Shown: positions 48,450 through 57,526 of the stretch, one piece after another | How positions within the stretch are numbered: position 1 is the first letter of the stretch | How the letters are laid out: every line of letters begins with the position of its first letter | From: Myxococcota bacterium | GTDB lineage: Bacteria; Myxococcota_A; UBA9160; PR03 | Assembly (NCBI GenBank): GCA_035506135.1 | Contig: DATJPY010000103.1 | Location: 3,448 to 67,447 of the forward strand | Direction: 5' to 3' | DNA length: 64,000 bases | Made by a program: the position numbers and the translations under genes | The notes under the pieces: model-generated | What the model saw: the letters and a program-made list of their open reading frames with translations, nothing else | Databases searched by the model: none | What the model was told of the DNA's origin: nothing

Positions 48450-49655
48450 TCAATGGATTTGCAGCGTCGACGGCGCGGCCGACTCCGGGTCCGCATCCGG
48501 CGATGTGATGGCGTCGGCGACCTGCTCCGGGTCGACGTCGCAGGCCCCGCTCTCGACCAGCGCGAGCAGCTCCTTCACCAGCCCCGGGTCGAACTGCGCG
48601 CCCGCCTCGCGCCGCAGCTCGGCGACGGCCGCGTTGTGCGTGAGCGCGCGCCGGTAGGGCCGGTCGCAGGTCATCGCATCGAACGCGTCGGCGAGGTGGA
48701 GGATGCGCGCGGCCAGCGGCGTGGTGTCGGCCGCCAGCCCGTCCGGGTATCCCTTGCCGTCCCAGCGCTCGTGGTGATGGCGGACGGCGGCGATGAGATC
48801 GTCGCTGACGCCGAGCGGTGTCAGTAGCCGGGCGCCGATGGCGGCGTGCCGCTCGACGGCCTTGCGCTCGAGCAGCGTGAGCGAGCCGCGCCGCGTGAGC
48901 AGCTCGCTCGGGACGCCGATCTTGCCGATGTCGTGCAGGAACGCCGCGATGCGCAGCGAGCGCTTCTCGGGTCCGGCCAGGCACAGGCGGTCCGCGAGCA
49001 GGCCGCTGTAGAAGGCGACGCGCCGCGCGTGGCCGCGCATGAAGGGATCCTGGACGCCGATCGTCTCCGCCAGCATCTCGAAGAACGGGAGCGCGCGCTC
49101 CGGATCGAGCGCCTGCAGCGGCTGGATGTCGGCCGCCGAGCGCGAGAGCAGCTCGCCCAGGTGGTTGCGCAGGCGGACGTCGCTCTGCACCAGGCTGACG
49201 ACGGCGGACACGTCGGTGTCACGCCCGACCGCGTCGCCGAGGTCCGCGAGGAAGCGCACCACGCGGCGGCGGCCGCGCCGTCGCGCCATCGCGCGATACA
49301 CGGCGGCCGTGACCGACACCACATCGAACGGCTTCTGCAGGTAGTCGGAGACGCCGCAGCGGATGCCCTCGGTCGCCGAGGCCAGGCTCCCGTGGCCGGT
49401 GATCACGATCACCTCGACGTCCGAGAAGTCGCTGCGGATCGCCCGCATCAGCTCCTCGCCCTGGACGCCGGGCATCGCCAGGTCGAGGGTCACGACGTCG
49501 ATCGGCGTCGTGCGCAGGAGCTCGAGCGCCTCGGCGCCGGTCGGCACCGCGAGCACGCGGTAGGCGGTCTGCAGGATCATCCGAAGCGATTCGCGGGGAC
49601 CACGCTCGTCGTCCACCACCAGCACGGTGGCGCGGGTCGAGCTCCGATCCGTCAT
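48450..49655 (-). CDS. Response regulator with HD-GYP domain (RpfG-like c-di-GMP phosphodiesterase)
   Basis: Internal ATG at 49655 after GGGGAGGTG. REC domain VLVVDDE..TLDLAMPG. HD-GYP motifs HDIGKIGVP and HHERWDGKGYPDGL. Confidence 0.88.
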   Translation of the reverse strand: MTDRSSTRATVLVVDDERGPRESLRMILQTAYRVLAVPTGAEALELLRTTPIDVVTLDLAMPGVQGEELMRAIRSDFSDVEVIVITGHGSLASATEGIRCGVSDYLQKPFDVVSVTAAVYRAMARRRGRRRVVRFLADLGDAVGRDTDVSAVVSLVQSDVRLRNHLGELLSRSAADIQPLQALDPERALPFFEMLAETIGVQDPFMRGHARRVAFYSGLLADRLCLAGPEKRSLRIAAFLHDIGKIGVPSELLTRRGSLTLLERKAVERHAAIGARLLTPLGVSDDLIAAVRHHHERWDGKGYPDGLAADTTPLAARILHLADAFDAMTCDRPYRRALTHNAAVAELRREAGAQFDPGLVKELLALVESGACDVDPEQVADAITSPDADPESAAPSTLQIH

Positions 49656-49692
49656 CCGGCACCTCCCCGCTCGCGGCCGGGGAGCGCCCTCC

Positions 49693-49707
49693 GCAACCCG
49701 TGTGCCA
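49693..49707 (-). promoter_or_regulatory. sigma54 promoter TGGCAC-ACGGG-TTGC (HD-GYP/PilZ operon)
   Basis: The plus strand reads GCAACCCGTGTGCCA. Perfect -24/-12, 38 nt upstream of the ATG at 49655. Confidence 0.8.
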
Positions 49708-49810
49708 GCTCGCAACTGGAGCCGGCAAGTATCAGATAAACCCAAGGCGGGCCGGAGGAAATCAAACTCCGTTGCGGCTCCTGGATGAAGCACGGGTGAA
49801 ATGGCGAAAT

Positions 49811-49824
49811 GTTCCGGACGGAAC
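49811..49824. promoter_or_regulatory. Palindrome GTTCCGGACGGAAC (candidate UAS 1)
   Basis: GTTCC-N4-GGAAC, about 110 bp upstream of the sigma54 promoter at 49693-49707. Confidence 0.45.
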
Positions 49825-49879
49825 GACCCCGGAGGCGGATGCGGGCCAACCCCGCGATTCGGCGAAGATCCGCCTCGGC

Positions 49880-49893
49880 GTTCCGATCGGAAC
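49880..49893. promoter_or_regulatory. Palindrome GTTCCGATCGGAAC (candidate UAS 2)
   Basis: Perfect 14-bp palindrome, 69 bp centre-to-centre from UAS 1 and 7 nt after the stop of the activator gene. Confidence 0.45.
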
Positions 49894-49899
49894 GGAGCG

Positions 49900-51318
<1,419 letters not shown>

Positions 51319-51406
51319 CGGGCGCGGGGAGAGTAACACCCGCCGACCGCGACTTCGCAACGGCGCGCAGCGGTGCGAGCGATCGCGCTCGCGCGGGTGG
51401 ATTCTC

Positions 51407-53344
51407 CTACGCCGCGGGCAGCTCGACCAGGACGAGCGTCTCGCCCGACTCCGAGGACTCGATGCGGAACGAGCCGCCCTGCGCGCGCACGACGGACTCC
51501 ACGGCGACCACCGCCAACGTGTGCTCCGACAGCGACAGCGCGCGCTCGGCAGCGCCGGGGCCGCCGCGGAAGCGCAACAGGATGCGGAGGCGCGGGTCGC
51601 CGACTCCCGAGCCGGCCTGGTGTCGGGTGGCGACGTACAGGTCGCCGCGATCGGAGATCCAATCGAGCGCCTGCTCGAAGAGCAGCCCGAACGCGAAGCG
51701 GAGCTGGTCGGCGTCTCCGAGCGCGAGCGGGTGCTCGCGGTCGAGCTCCTCGAGCACGACCAGTCGCCGCTCCTGGATGCGGCCGCGCTGCCGCTCGAGC
51801 AGGTGCGCCAGCAGCGCCGACACGTCGATGGATCGCCGCTCGGGCGGGCCGAGCGAGCCGAGCCGCTCGAGCGTGTCGATCGCGGCCTCGATCCGGTGCG
51901 TGTCGACCTCGACGCGCTCGGCGAACATGCGGCGGAACTCGGGGTCGTCGAAGCGACCGCCCAGCATCTGGGTGAAGCTGCGGATCCCGACCAGCGGGTT
52001 CCCGACCTCGTGGGCGACCGCGCTGACGAGGCGGCGGAGGTCCGACGGGGGGGTTGGTTGCTGAGCTGCAGCACGTCCTGATGAACTTCGCTCGGCCTCG
52101 CCTCGCTGCGCGCGCCCTTCGGGCGCTTGCTGGGGATGATCCAGGCGGTCGGGCTGCCCCGGAGGCGACGGGGGCGATCCGGACTGCCCTGACGAGGGCG
52201 GGGGGGATTCGTCCTCCACCAGCTCGGCGACGAGCTCGGGGGCGAGGGGAGGGACCGGGTCGAAGCGGAGGTCGCCGGCACCGATCGGGTCCGAGCGGGT
52301 GGCGGCGAGGGTGCGGCGGCCGACCGCCTCCAGCTCGCGCAGGTTCCCGGGCCAGGCATGCGCGCGGAGGCGGGCGATGGCGTCGGGCGCGAACTGGCGG
52401 CCCCGCTCGCCGCGCGCGGCGCTCCACTCGGCGGCGAGCCCGGTGGCGACGCGCTCGATCGCGTCCGGCCGATCGCGCAGCGGCGAGAGGCTGATCTCGA
52501 GCCCGGCGAGCGCGCGCGCGAGCTCGGGGTCGAGCGGGTCCGGATCGAGGCCCGCAGTCGCCATCCAGCGCACGCGCAGCGCGGGGAGCGCGCCCGCCGG
52601 CGGCCCCAGCTCGATCCAGCTCCGGAGCTGTCGCTGCGCGCCGCGGGGCAGGTGGTCGATGTCCTCGATGCAGACGGTCGCGAGATCGCCGGCGCCCAGC
52701 TCGCCCGTCTCGGGTACGAGCCTCGCGAAGAGCGACCGCGCGTCTGCGGCGGCGAGCGCCGACACCGACGCGAAGGGCCCCGGCGCGTCGGCCGCGCTCA
52801 TCCAGTGGACGTAGCGGGCGACCAGGCCTCGGCCGCTCCCCGGCTCGCCGCGCACCAGGAGGGGGACGTCGCGGCGGGTGGGATCGATCGCGCCGAGCAG
52901 GGCAGACGGCTCCAGGTCGCCGAGCCAGCGCCGGATGCGCGCCGCGAGGGCGTCGCGGCGGCGCCGCTCGGTGAGCGCCGCGCCGGGCCGGCGCGCGAGG
53001 GCGGAGCGCACGCGCCGCCGCAGCTCGTTCGCGTCGGCGGTGGTGGAGATCAGGGTCGCGGGCAGCGCGTCGAAGAGCCGGCGCACTTCGTCGAGATCCC
53101 GCGGCGACGCCAGCAGCACCCACAGCGGGCGCGCGGCCGCGAGTCGCGGCGCGAGCCGGTGTGCCAGCTCGAGCTCCGCCTCGAAATCGTCCGTGACGCC
53201 GAGCAGGATCGCGCGCGGCGGCGGCTCGCGCTCCAGGGCGGCGGCGTCGCACGGATCGGAGGTGAGCGCATCCACGTCGCCGGCCAGGCGCCGGAGAGCG
53301 TCGCGCCAGCCGCCGTCGCGGTGGATGATCCAGAGTCTCGCCAT
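51407..53344 (-). CDS. Atypical sensor protein: receiver-like N-terminus, degenerate sigma54-type AAA+ domain, HisKA, divergent HATPase-like C-terminus
   Basis: ATG at 53344. AAA+ remnants LLVRGEPGSGRGLVARYVH (no Walker A Lys), CIEDIDHL and WPGNLRELE, with no GAFTGA. A Pro/Ser linker is followed by the H-box VSAVAHEVGNPLVGI. The C-terminus ..LLFEQALDW.. lacks a clear N, G1 or G2 box. Confidence 0.8.
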   Translation of the reverse strand: MARLWIIHRDGGWRDALRRLAGDVDALTSDPCDAAALEREPPPRAILLGVTDDFEAELELAHRLAPRLAAARPLWVLLASPRDLDEVRRLFDALPATLISTTADANELRRRVRSALARRPGAALTERRRRDALAARIRRWLGDLEPSALLGAIDPTRRDVPLLVRGEPGSGRGLVARYVHWMSAADAPGPFASVSALAAADARSLFARLVPETGELGAGDLATVCIEDIDHLPRGAQRQLRSWIELGPPAGALPALRVRWMATAGLDPDPLDPELARALAGLEISLSPLRDRPDAIERVATGLAAEWSAARGERGRQFAPDAIARLRAHAWPGNLRELEAVGRRTLAATRSDPIGAGDLRFDPVPPLAPELVAELVEDESPPPSSGQSGSPPSPPGQPDRLDHPQQAPEGRAQRGEAERSSSGRAAAQQPTPPSDLRRLVSAVAHEVGNPLVGIRSFTQMLGGRFDDPEFRRMFAERVEVDTHRIEAAIDTLERLGSLGPPERRSIDVSALLAHLLERQRGRIQERRLVVLEELDREHPLALGDADQLRFAFGLLFEQALDWISDRGDLYVATRHQAGSGVGDPRLRILLRFRGGPGAAERALSLSEHTLAVVAVESVVRAQGGSFRIESSESGETLVLVELPAA

Positions 53345-53390
53345 CGATCCTCGCCAGGAGCAGGGCACACGCGCCCGCCCGGGTCGCGGG

Positions 53391-53405
53391 GCAAGCGCCG
53401 TGCCA
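53391..53405 (-). promoter_or_regulatory. sigma54 promoter TGGCAC-GGCGC-TTGC (sensor/activator operon)
   Basis: The plus strand reads GCAAGCGCCGTGCCA. Perfect -24/-12, 47 nt upstream of the ATG at 53344. Confidence 0.75.
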
Positions 53406-53545
53406 GGCGCTGCGACCTCGCTGCAGCGTGCAGCCCGGCGGCAGCGCGGCCCGCAAGCGCGCACGGCCTCGCCGGAACGGTGAATCCCGCCGCCCGCCGC
53501 GCCACCGGCCGCGCGCGGCGGCGTTGGGGCAGTCTCCTATCCAAT

Positions 53546-55156
53546 GTGGGAAGGCCGCGTTCGCTGGTTGCCCGCGATTGTACCCTCTGCCAGAGTAGAC
53601 CCATCTCCCGCGCGGAGCCCGATTTGGCCGTCCTCTCCGCCGGACCCGAGGTCCGGCTCCGGAACTGGTTCGAGCGTCCCTACGACGACGCCATCGCTGC
53701 GGCCCGCACCTGCTACTCCCCGCGCGTGATCGACGCCGACGAGGTGACCGAGGGCCAGCGGCGCAACATCGGTCCGCTCACCTTCGAGGGCGGCCATCAC
53801 ACCGTCTACCAGCACGCGACGTTCGAGTTCTCGCTGTCGGGGATCTCGCGGCAGCTCGTCTGGTGCTTCCTCCACGCGTTTCCGTTCTACAACACGGAGC
53901 AGCAGAGCCAGCGCTACGTGCGGCTCGACGAGCCGCGCGCACACGTGCCGCCCGCGCTCGGCGGCGAGGCGCGGGCGCTCTTCGAGCGGAGCGTCGAGCA
54001 GGCGTGGGAGGCCTATCGGGAGCTGACCACCCGCCTCCGGCCCGTGACGCGCGCGCTCCTCGCCGAGCTCTGGCGGCTGGACCGCAAGAGCGAGGCATTC
54101 GGGCGCAACGTCGAGAAGGAGGCCGAGAAGAAGGCGATCGAGACCGCGCGCTACGTGATCCCGATCGCCTGCCACACCGCCATGGTCTACACCGTGTCGG
54201 GCATCGTGCTGCACCGCCTGCGGCGCATGGCGGCCGCGAGCGAGGCGCCCGACGAGGCCCGCGACGTGGTGGAGCGCATGCTCGCCGAGGTGGCGCGCGT
54301 CGACCCGGCGTTCTTCGTCGAGGTGGGCGAGCCGCCGCTGCGCGCGGAGGAGGCGCTCGAGAACCAGGTCGCGCCGCCGGGGCTCGGCGATGCGGCCGCG
54401 CTCGAAGCGTTCGACAAGTCGCTGGGAGGCCGCCGCTCGCGCCTGGTCGACTGGAGCCCGCGCGCGCCGCAGCTCGTGGCCGACGCGATCCGCCGCGTGC
54501 TCGCTCGGGCCGATCTCGACGACGCCGAGGCGCTGGCCCTGGCGCTCGACCCCGCGCGCAATCCGCACCGCCTCGACACGCTCAACGTGTCGGTCCACGT
54601 CCCGGTGATGCGCGCGCTGGAGCATGCCCACTACGCCTTCCGGAAGAAGCTCTCGCACGCGGCCGACTCCCAGGACCAGCGTCACCGGATGGTGTCTGGC
54701 TCGCGGCCGCTGCTCTCGCGCAGCGTGCCGGCCGCGGTCGACGTCGTCGAGCCCGAGCTGATCCGCGCCGATCCCGCCTGCCACGCGCGCTTCCGCGAGG
54801 CCGTGGAGGCCGCGTGGGACGCGCGCGCTCGCCTGCTGGCGCTCGGCGTCGCGCCCGAGCTCGCGCTCTACGTGCTCCCCAACGCGCTCGCGGTGCGCTT
54901 CGAGGAGTCGGGCTCGCTCCTGCACCTGCTCCACAAGTGGACGATGCGCACCTGCCTGAACGCACAGCGCGAGATCTACGAGGCGTCGATGGACGAGGTC
55001 GAGCAGGTGCGCGCGGTCCACCCCGAGCTGGCCCGACACGTCGGCCCGCCCTGCTTCGTGCGCGACGGGCTCGTTCGCCCGCGCTGCACCGAGGGCAGCC
55101 ACTTCTGCGGCATCCCGGTGTGGCGGAGCTTCCCGGACGTCGAGCGGCGGATCTGA
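53546..55156 (+). CDS. thyX: ThyX-family (FAD-dependent thymidylate synthase-like) protein with duplicated domain; start uncertain
   Basis: The first half has GGHHTVYQHATFEFSLSGISRQ..EQQSQRYV. The second half has HAHYAFRKKLSHAADSQDQRHRMVSGS and LNAQREI. The start is GTG 53546 or TTG 53624. Confidence 0.7.
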   Translation: MGRPRSLVARDCTLCQSRPISRAEPDLAVLSAGPEVRLRNWFERPYDDAIAAARTCYSPRVIDADEVTEGQRRNIGPLTFEGGHHTVYQHATFEFSLSGISRQLVWCFLHAFPFYNTEQQSQRYVRLDEPRAHVPPALGGEARALFERSVEQAWEAYRELTTRLRPVTRALLAELWRLDRKSEAFGRNVEKEAEKKAIETARYVIPIACHTAMVYTVSGIVLHRLRRMAAASEAPDEARDVVERMLAEVARVDPAFFVEVGEPPLRAEEALENQVAPPGLGDAAALEAFDKSLGGRRSRLVDWSPRAPQLVADAIRRVLARADLDDAEALALALDPARNPHRLDTLNVSVHVPVMRALEHAHYAFRKKLSHAADSQDQRHRMVSGSRPLLSRSVPAAVDVVEPELIRADPACHARFREAVEAAWDARARLLALGVAPELALYVLPNALAVRFEESGSLLHLLHKWTMRTCLNAQREIYEASMDEVEQVRAVHPELARHVGPPCFVRDGLVRPRCTEGSHFCGIPVWRSFPDVERRI

Positions 55157-56124
55157 TGCGCCGGCGCGCCGCCCTCCTCCTCGCCGGCTCGCTCCTGGCG
55201 GCCGCGCCGGCCGGGGCGATCGAGCTCGAGGGCACCTGGTACGTGCTCGTGCACTTCCAGGACAAGGAGTCGCCGAAGCCCGACGCGTGGCGCTGGGAGG
55301 ACCGCGTCTGGAAGTTCGAGCAGAAGGCCGACCGGCTCGAGTGGACCGACTATCCGATCGTGGTGTTCGACGACGAGAAGGGCCGCTTCGAGTCGCTCGG
55401 CAGCAATCACGCCGCGCGGGTGGTGGAGGCCTGGGAGCCGAGCGCGGCGCAGCTCGCCGACATCAAGGACGGGCTGCAGGTCAACCCGCGCGGGATGAAG
55501 ACCAAGTCGCTGCGCGCGGTGGACGGCGGCGCCGGCTGGAGCTCGAGCGAGGGCGCGAGCGGCGCCTCCGCCACGGTCATCACCTATACCGAGCACTGGT
55601 CGATCGCGGGACTTCCGGACAAGCCCGTCTTCACCCGCGACGATTCGATGAGCGGGGGCAGCACCGAGGAGCTCTCGGGCCGCACCCAGTACAAGACCAC
55701 CGAGGTGACGGCCGACGAGCTGCACGGCAGCTTCGACCGCGACGGGACGCGCATCGGCAACTTCCGCATGATCCGCTCGGGCGACACGCAGAAGGTTCGC
55801 GGCAGCGGCCTCACCCAGGACCAGCGGGTGATGCAGATGTTCGCGTCGCAGGCCGGCCTCACGTTGGATGCGGCGCAGATCCAGGCGATCACCAGCGGCA
55901 AGGTCGCGCCCGGCTCGCCGGTGCCCGACGACGTGCGCGCCGACGTGCGCGCGCAGATCCGCCAGGGCGTCGAGGAGGCGTTCCGGCGACAGAGCACGGA
56001 TCCGCGCGCCGCGAGCGCCGAGGTCGATCGCCTCACCAGCAAGATCGAGCACCTGATCCTCGACGAAGGCAAGAGCCCCGAGCAGGTCCAGGAGATGCTC
56101 AAGCGGGGCGAGGTCACGCCCTGA
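55156..56124 (+). CDS. Secreted protein of unknown function
   Basis: The ATG shares 1 nt with the previous TGA. Signal peptide MRRRAALLLAGSLLAAAPAGA. High GC3. I recognise no motif. Confidence 0.65.
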   Translation: MRRRAALLLAGSLLAAAPAGAIELEGTWYVLVHFQDKESPKPDAWRWEDRVWKFEQKADRLEWTDYPIVVFDDEKGRFESLGSNHAARVVEAWEPSAAQLADIKDGLQVNPRGMKTKSLRAVDGGAGWSSSEGASGASATVITYTEHWSIAGLPDKPVFTRDDSMSGGSTEELSGRTQYKTTEVTADELHGSFDRDGTRIGNFRMIRSGDTQKVRGSGLTQDQRVMQMFASQAGLTLDAAQIQAITSGKVAPGSPVPDDVRADVRAQIRQGVEEAFRRQSTDPRAASAEVDRLTSKIEHLILDEGKSPEQVQEMLKRGEVTP

Positions 56125-56134
56125 GCGCGCTGCG

Positions 56135-56163
56135 TGGACGATCGGGACGCCGACCGGTATAAC
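56135..56163 (+). promoter_or_regulatory. sigma70-type promoter: TGGACG, 17 nt spacer, TATAAC
   Basis: -35 at 56135-56140 and -10 at 56158-56163, 32 nt upstream of the ATG at 56195. Confidence 0.4.
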
Positions 56164-56194
56164 TTGCGACCGCGTCGCCCGCGGAGTCCACCCG

Positions 56195-57526
56195 ATGCCC
56201 GCCAAGCTGAATCCGATCGCGCAGCAGCTCAACGAGCGGCTGACCGCGAGCGCCCCCGAGGTGCTCGCGATGCTCTCCGACCTCGGCCGCCGCCTCTACT
56301 TCCCGAAGGGCATCCTCTCCCAGACGGCGGAGGCGAAGCAGAAGGCCCGCCGCTTCAACGCGACGATCGGGATCGCGACCGAGAAGGGCGGGCCGATGTA
56401 CCTGCCCTCGATCCACCGGCACCTGGTCGACGTCGCGCCGGGCGACGCCTACGAGTACGCGCCGCCGGCCGGCCGCCCGACGCTGCGCGCGCGCTGGCGC
56501 GAGAAGCTGCTCGAGGAGAATCCGTCGCTGCGCGGCAAGGCGTTCGGCCTTCCGATCGTGACGAGCGCGCTGACGCACGGCCTCGCGCTGGTCGGCGACC
56601 TCTTCGTCGGCGCCGGCGACCGCATCCTCCTGCCCGACCAGCTCTGGGGCAACTACCGGCTCACCTACGAGGTGCGGCTCGGCGCGGAGATCGCGACCTA
56701 TCCGTTCTACGCCGGTGCGGGCTTCAACGTGAAGGGCTTCGCCGACGCGCTCGCCGCCGAGGCGCGCGGGCGCGACAAGCTCGTCGTGCTGCTGAACTTC
56801 CCCAACAACCCCACCGGCTACATGCCAACGCCGGCCGAGGGCGAAGCGCTCGCGAACGCGCTCGCCGAGCAGGCGGCGCGCGGCACGCGCATCGTCGCCG
56901 TCCTCGACGACGCCTACTTCGGCCTGTTCTACCACCTCGGCGCTCCGTCGATGACCGAGTCGCTCTTCGGCCTGATCGCGAATCGCCACCCGAACCTGCT
57001 CGCGGTGAAGCTCGACGGCGCGACCAAGGAGCTCTTCGTGTGGGGCCTGCGCTGCGGCTTCGCGACGTTCGCGCCCGGCGACGCGAAGACCGCCGAGATC
57101 GCGTGCGAGGTGCTGGACGCGAAGGCGCGCGGCGCGATCCGCGGCGCGCTCTCGAACAGCCCGATGCTGTCGCAGACGCTGGTCGAGCGGGCGATCGACG
57201 CCTCGTCGATCGCTGCCGAGCGCAAGGAGAAGGCCGAGACGCTGCGCGCGCGCGCCGCGCGCGTCCACGAGGTCGTGGGCCGCCCCGCCTTCCGCGCGAG
57301 CTTCGAGGCCTATCCCTTCAACAGCGGCTACTTCATGTGCGTCAAGGTGAAGGGCGTCGACGCGGAGGCGCTTCGCCTGCACCTGCTCGACCGGCACGGA
57401 GTCGGGCTCATCGCGACCAGCCCGACCGACATCCGCGTCGCCTTCTCGTGCCTCGAGCTCGCCGAGATCGAGCCGCTCTTCGAGACGCTGCACCAGGCGA
57501 TCCAGGAGCTACGGGGCGCCTCCTAG
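56195..57526 (+). CDS. PLP-dependent aminotransferase, class I/II
   Basis: Contains NFPNNPTGY, LDDAYFGL and the Lys region GATKELFVWGLRCG. Confidence 0.85.
   Translation: MPAKLNPIAQQLNERLTASAPEVLAMLSDLGRRLYFPKGILSQTAEAKQKARRFNATIGIATEKGGPMYLPSIHRHLVDVAPGDAYEYAPPAGRPTLRARWREKLLEENPSLRGKAFGLPIVTSALTHGLALVGDLFVGAGDRILLPDQLWGNYRLTYEVRLGAEIATYPFYAGAGFNVKGFADALAAEARGRDKLVVLLNFPNNPTGYMPTPAEGEALANALAEQAARGTRIVAVLDDAYFGLFYHLGAPSMTESLFGLIANRHPNLLAVKLDGATKELFVWGLRCGFATFAPGDAKTAEIACEVLDAKARGAIRGALSNSPMLSQTLVERAIDASSIAAERKEKAETLRARAARVHEVVGRPAFRASFEAYPFNSGYFMCVKVKGVDAEALRLHLLDRHGVGLIATSPTDIRVAFSCLELAEIEPLFETLHQAIQELRGAS

Noticed and set aside
51319-52359. The upstream extension of the NtrC-family ORF (819 aa in the track), and likewise the extension of the sensor ORF to 53464.
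   Set aside because: The extension overlaps the sensor gene in another frame and translates to Arg/Pro/Ser-rich sequence. The REC domain starts at the internal ATG at 51318. The sensor ATG at 53344 is preceded by an SD and a sigma54 promoter.
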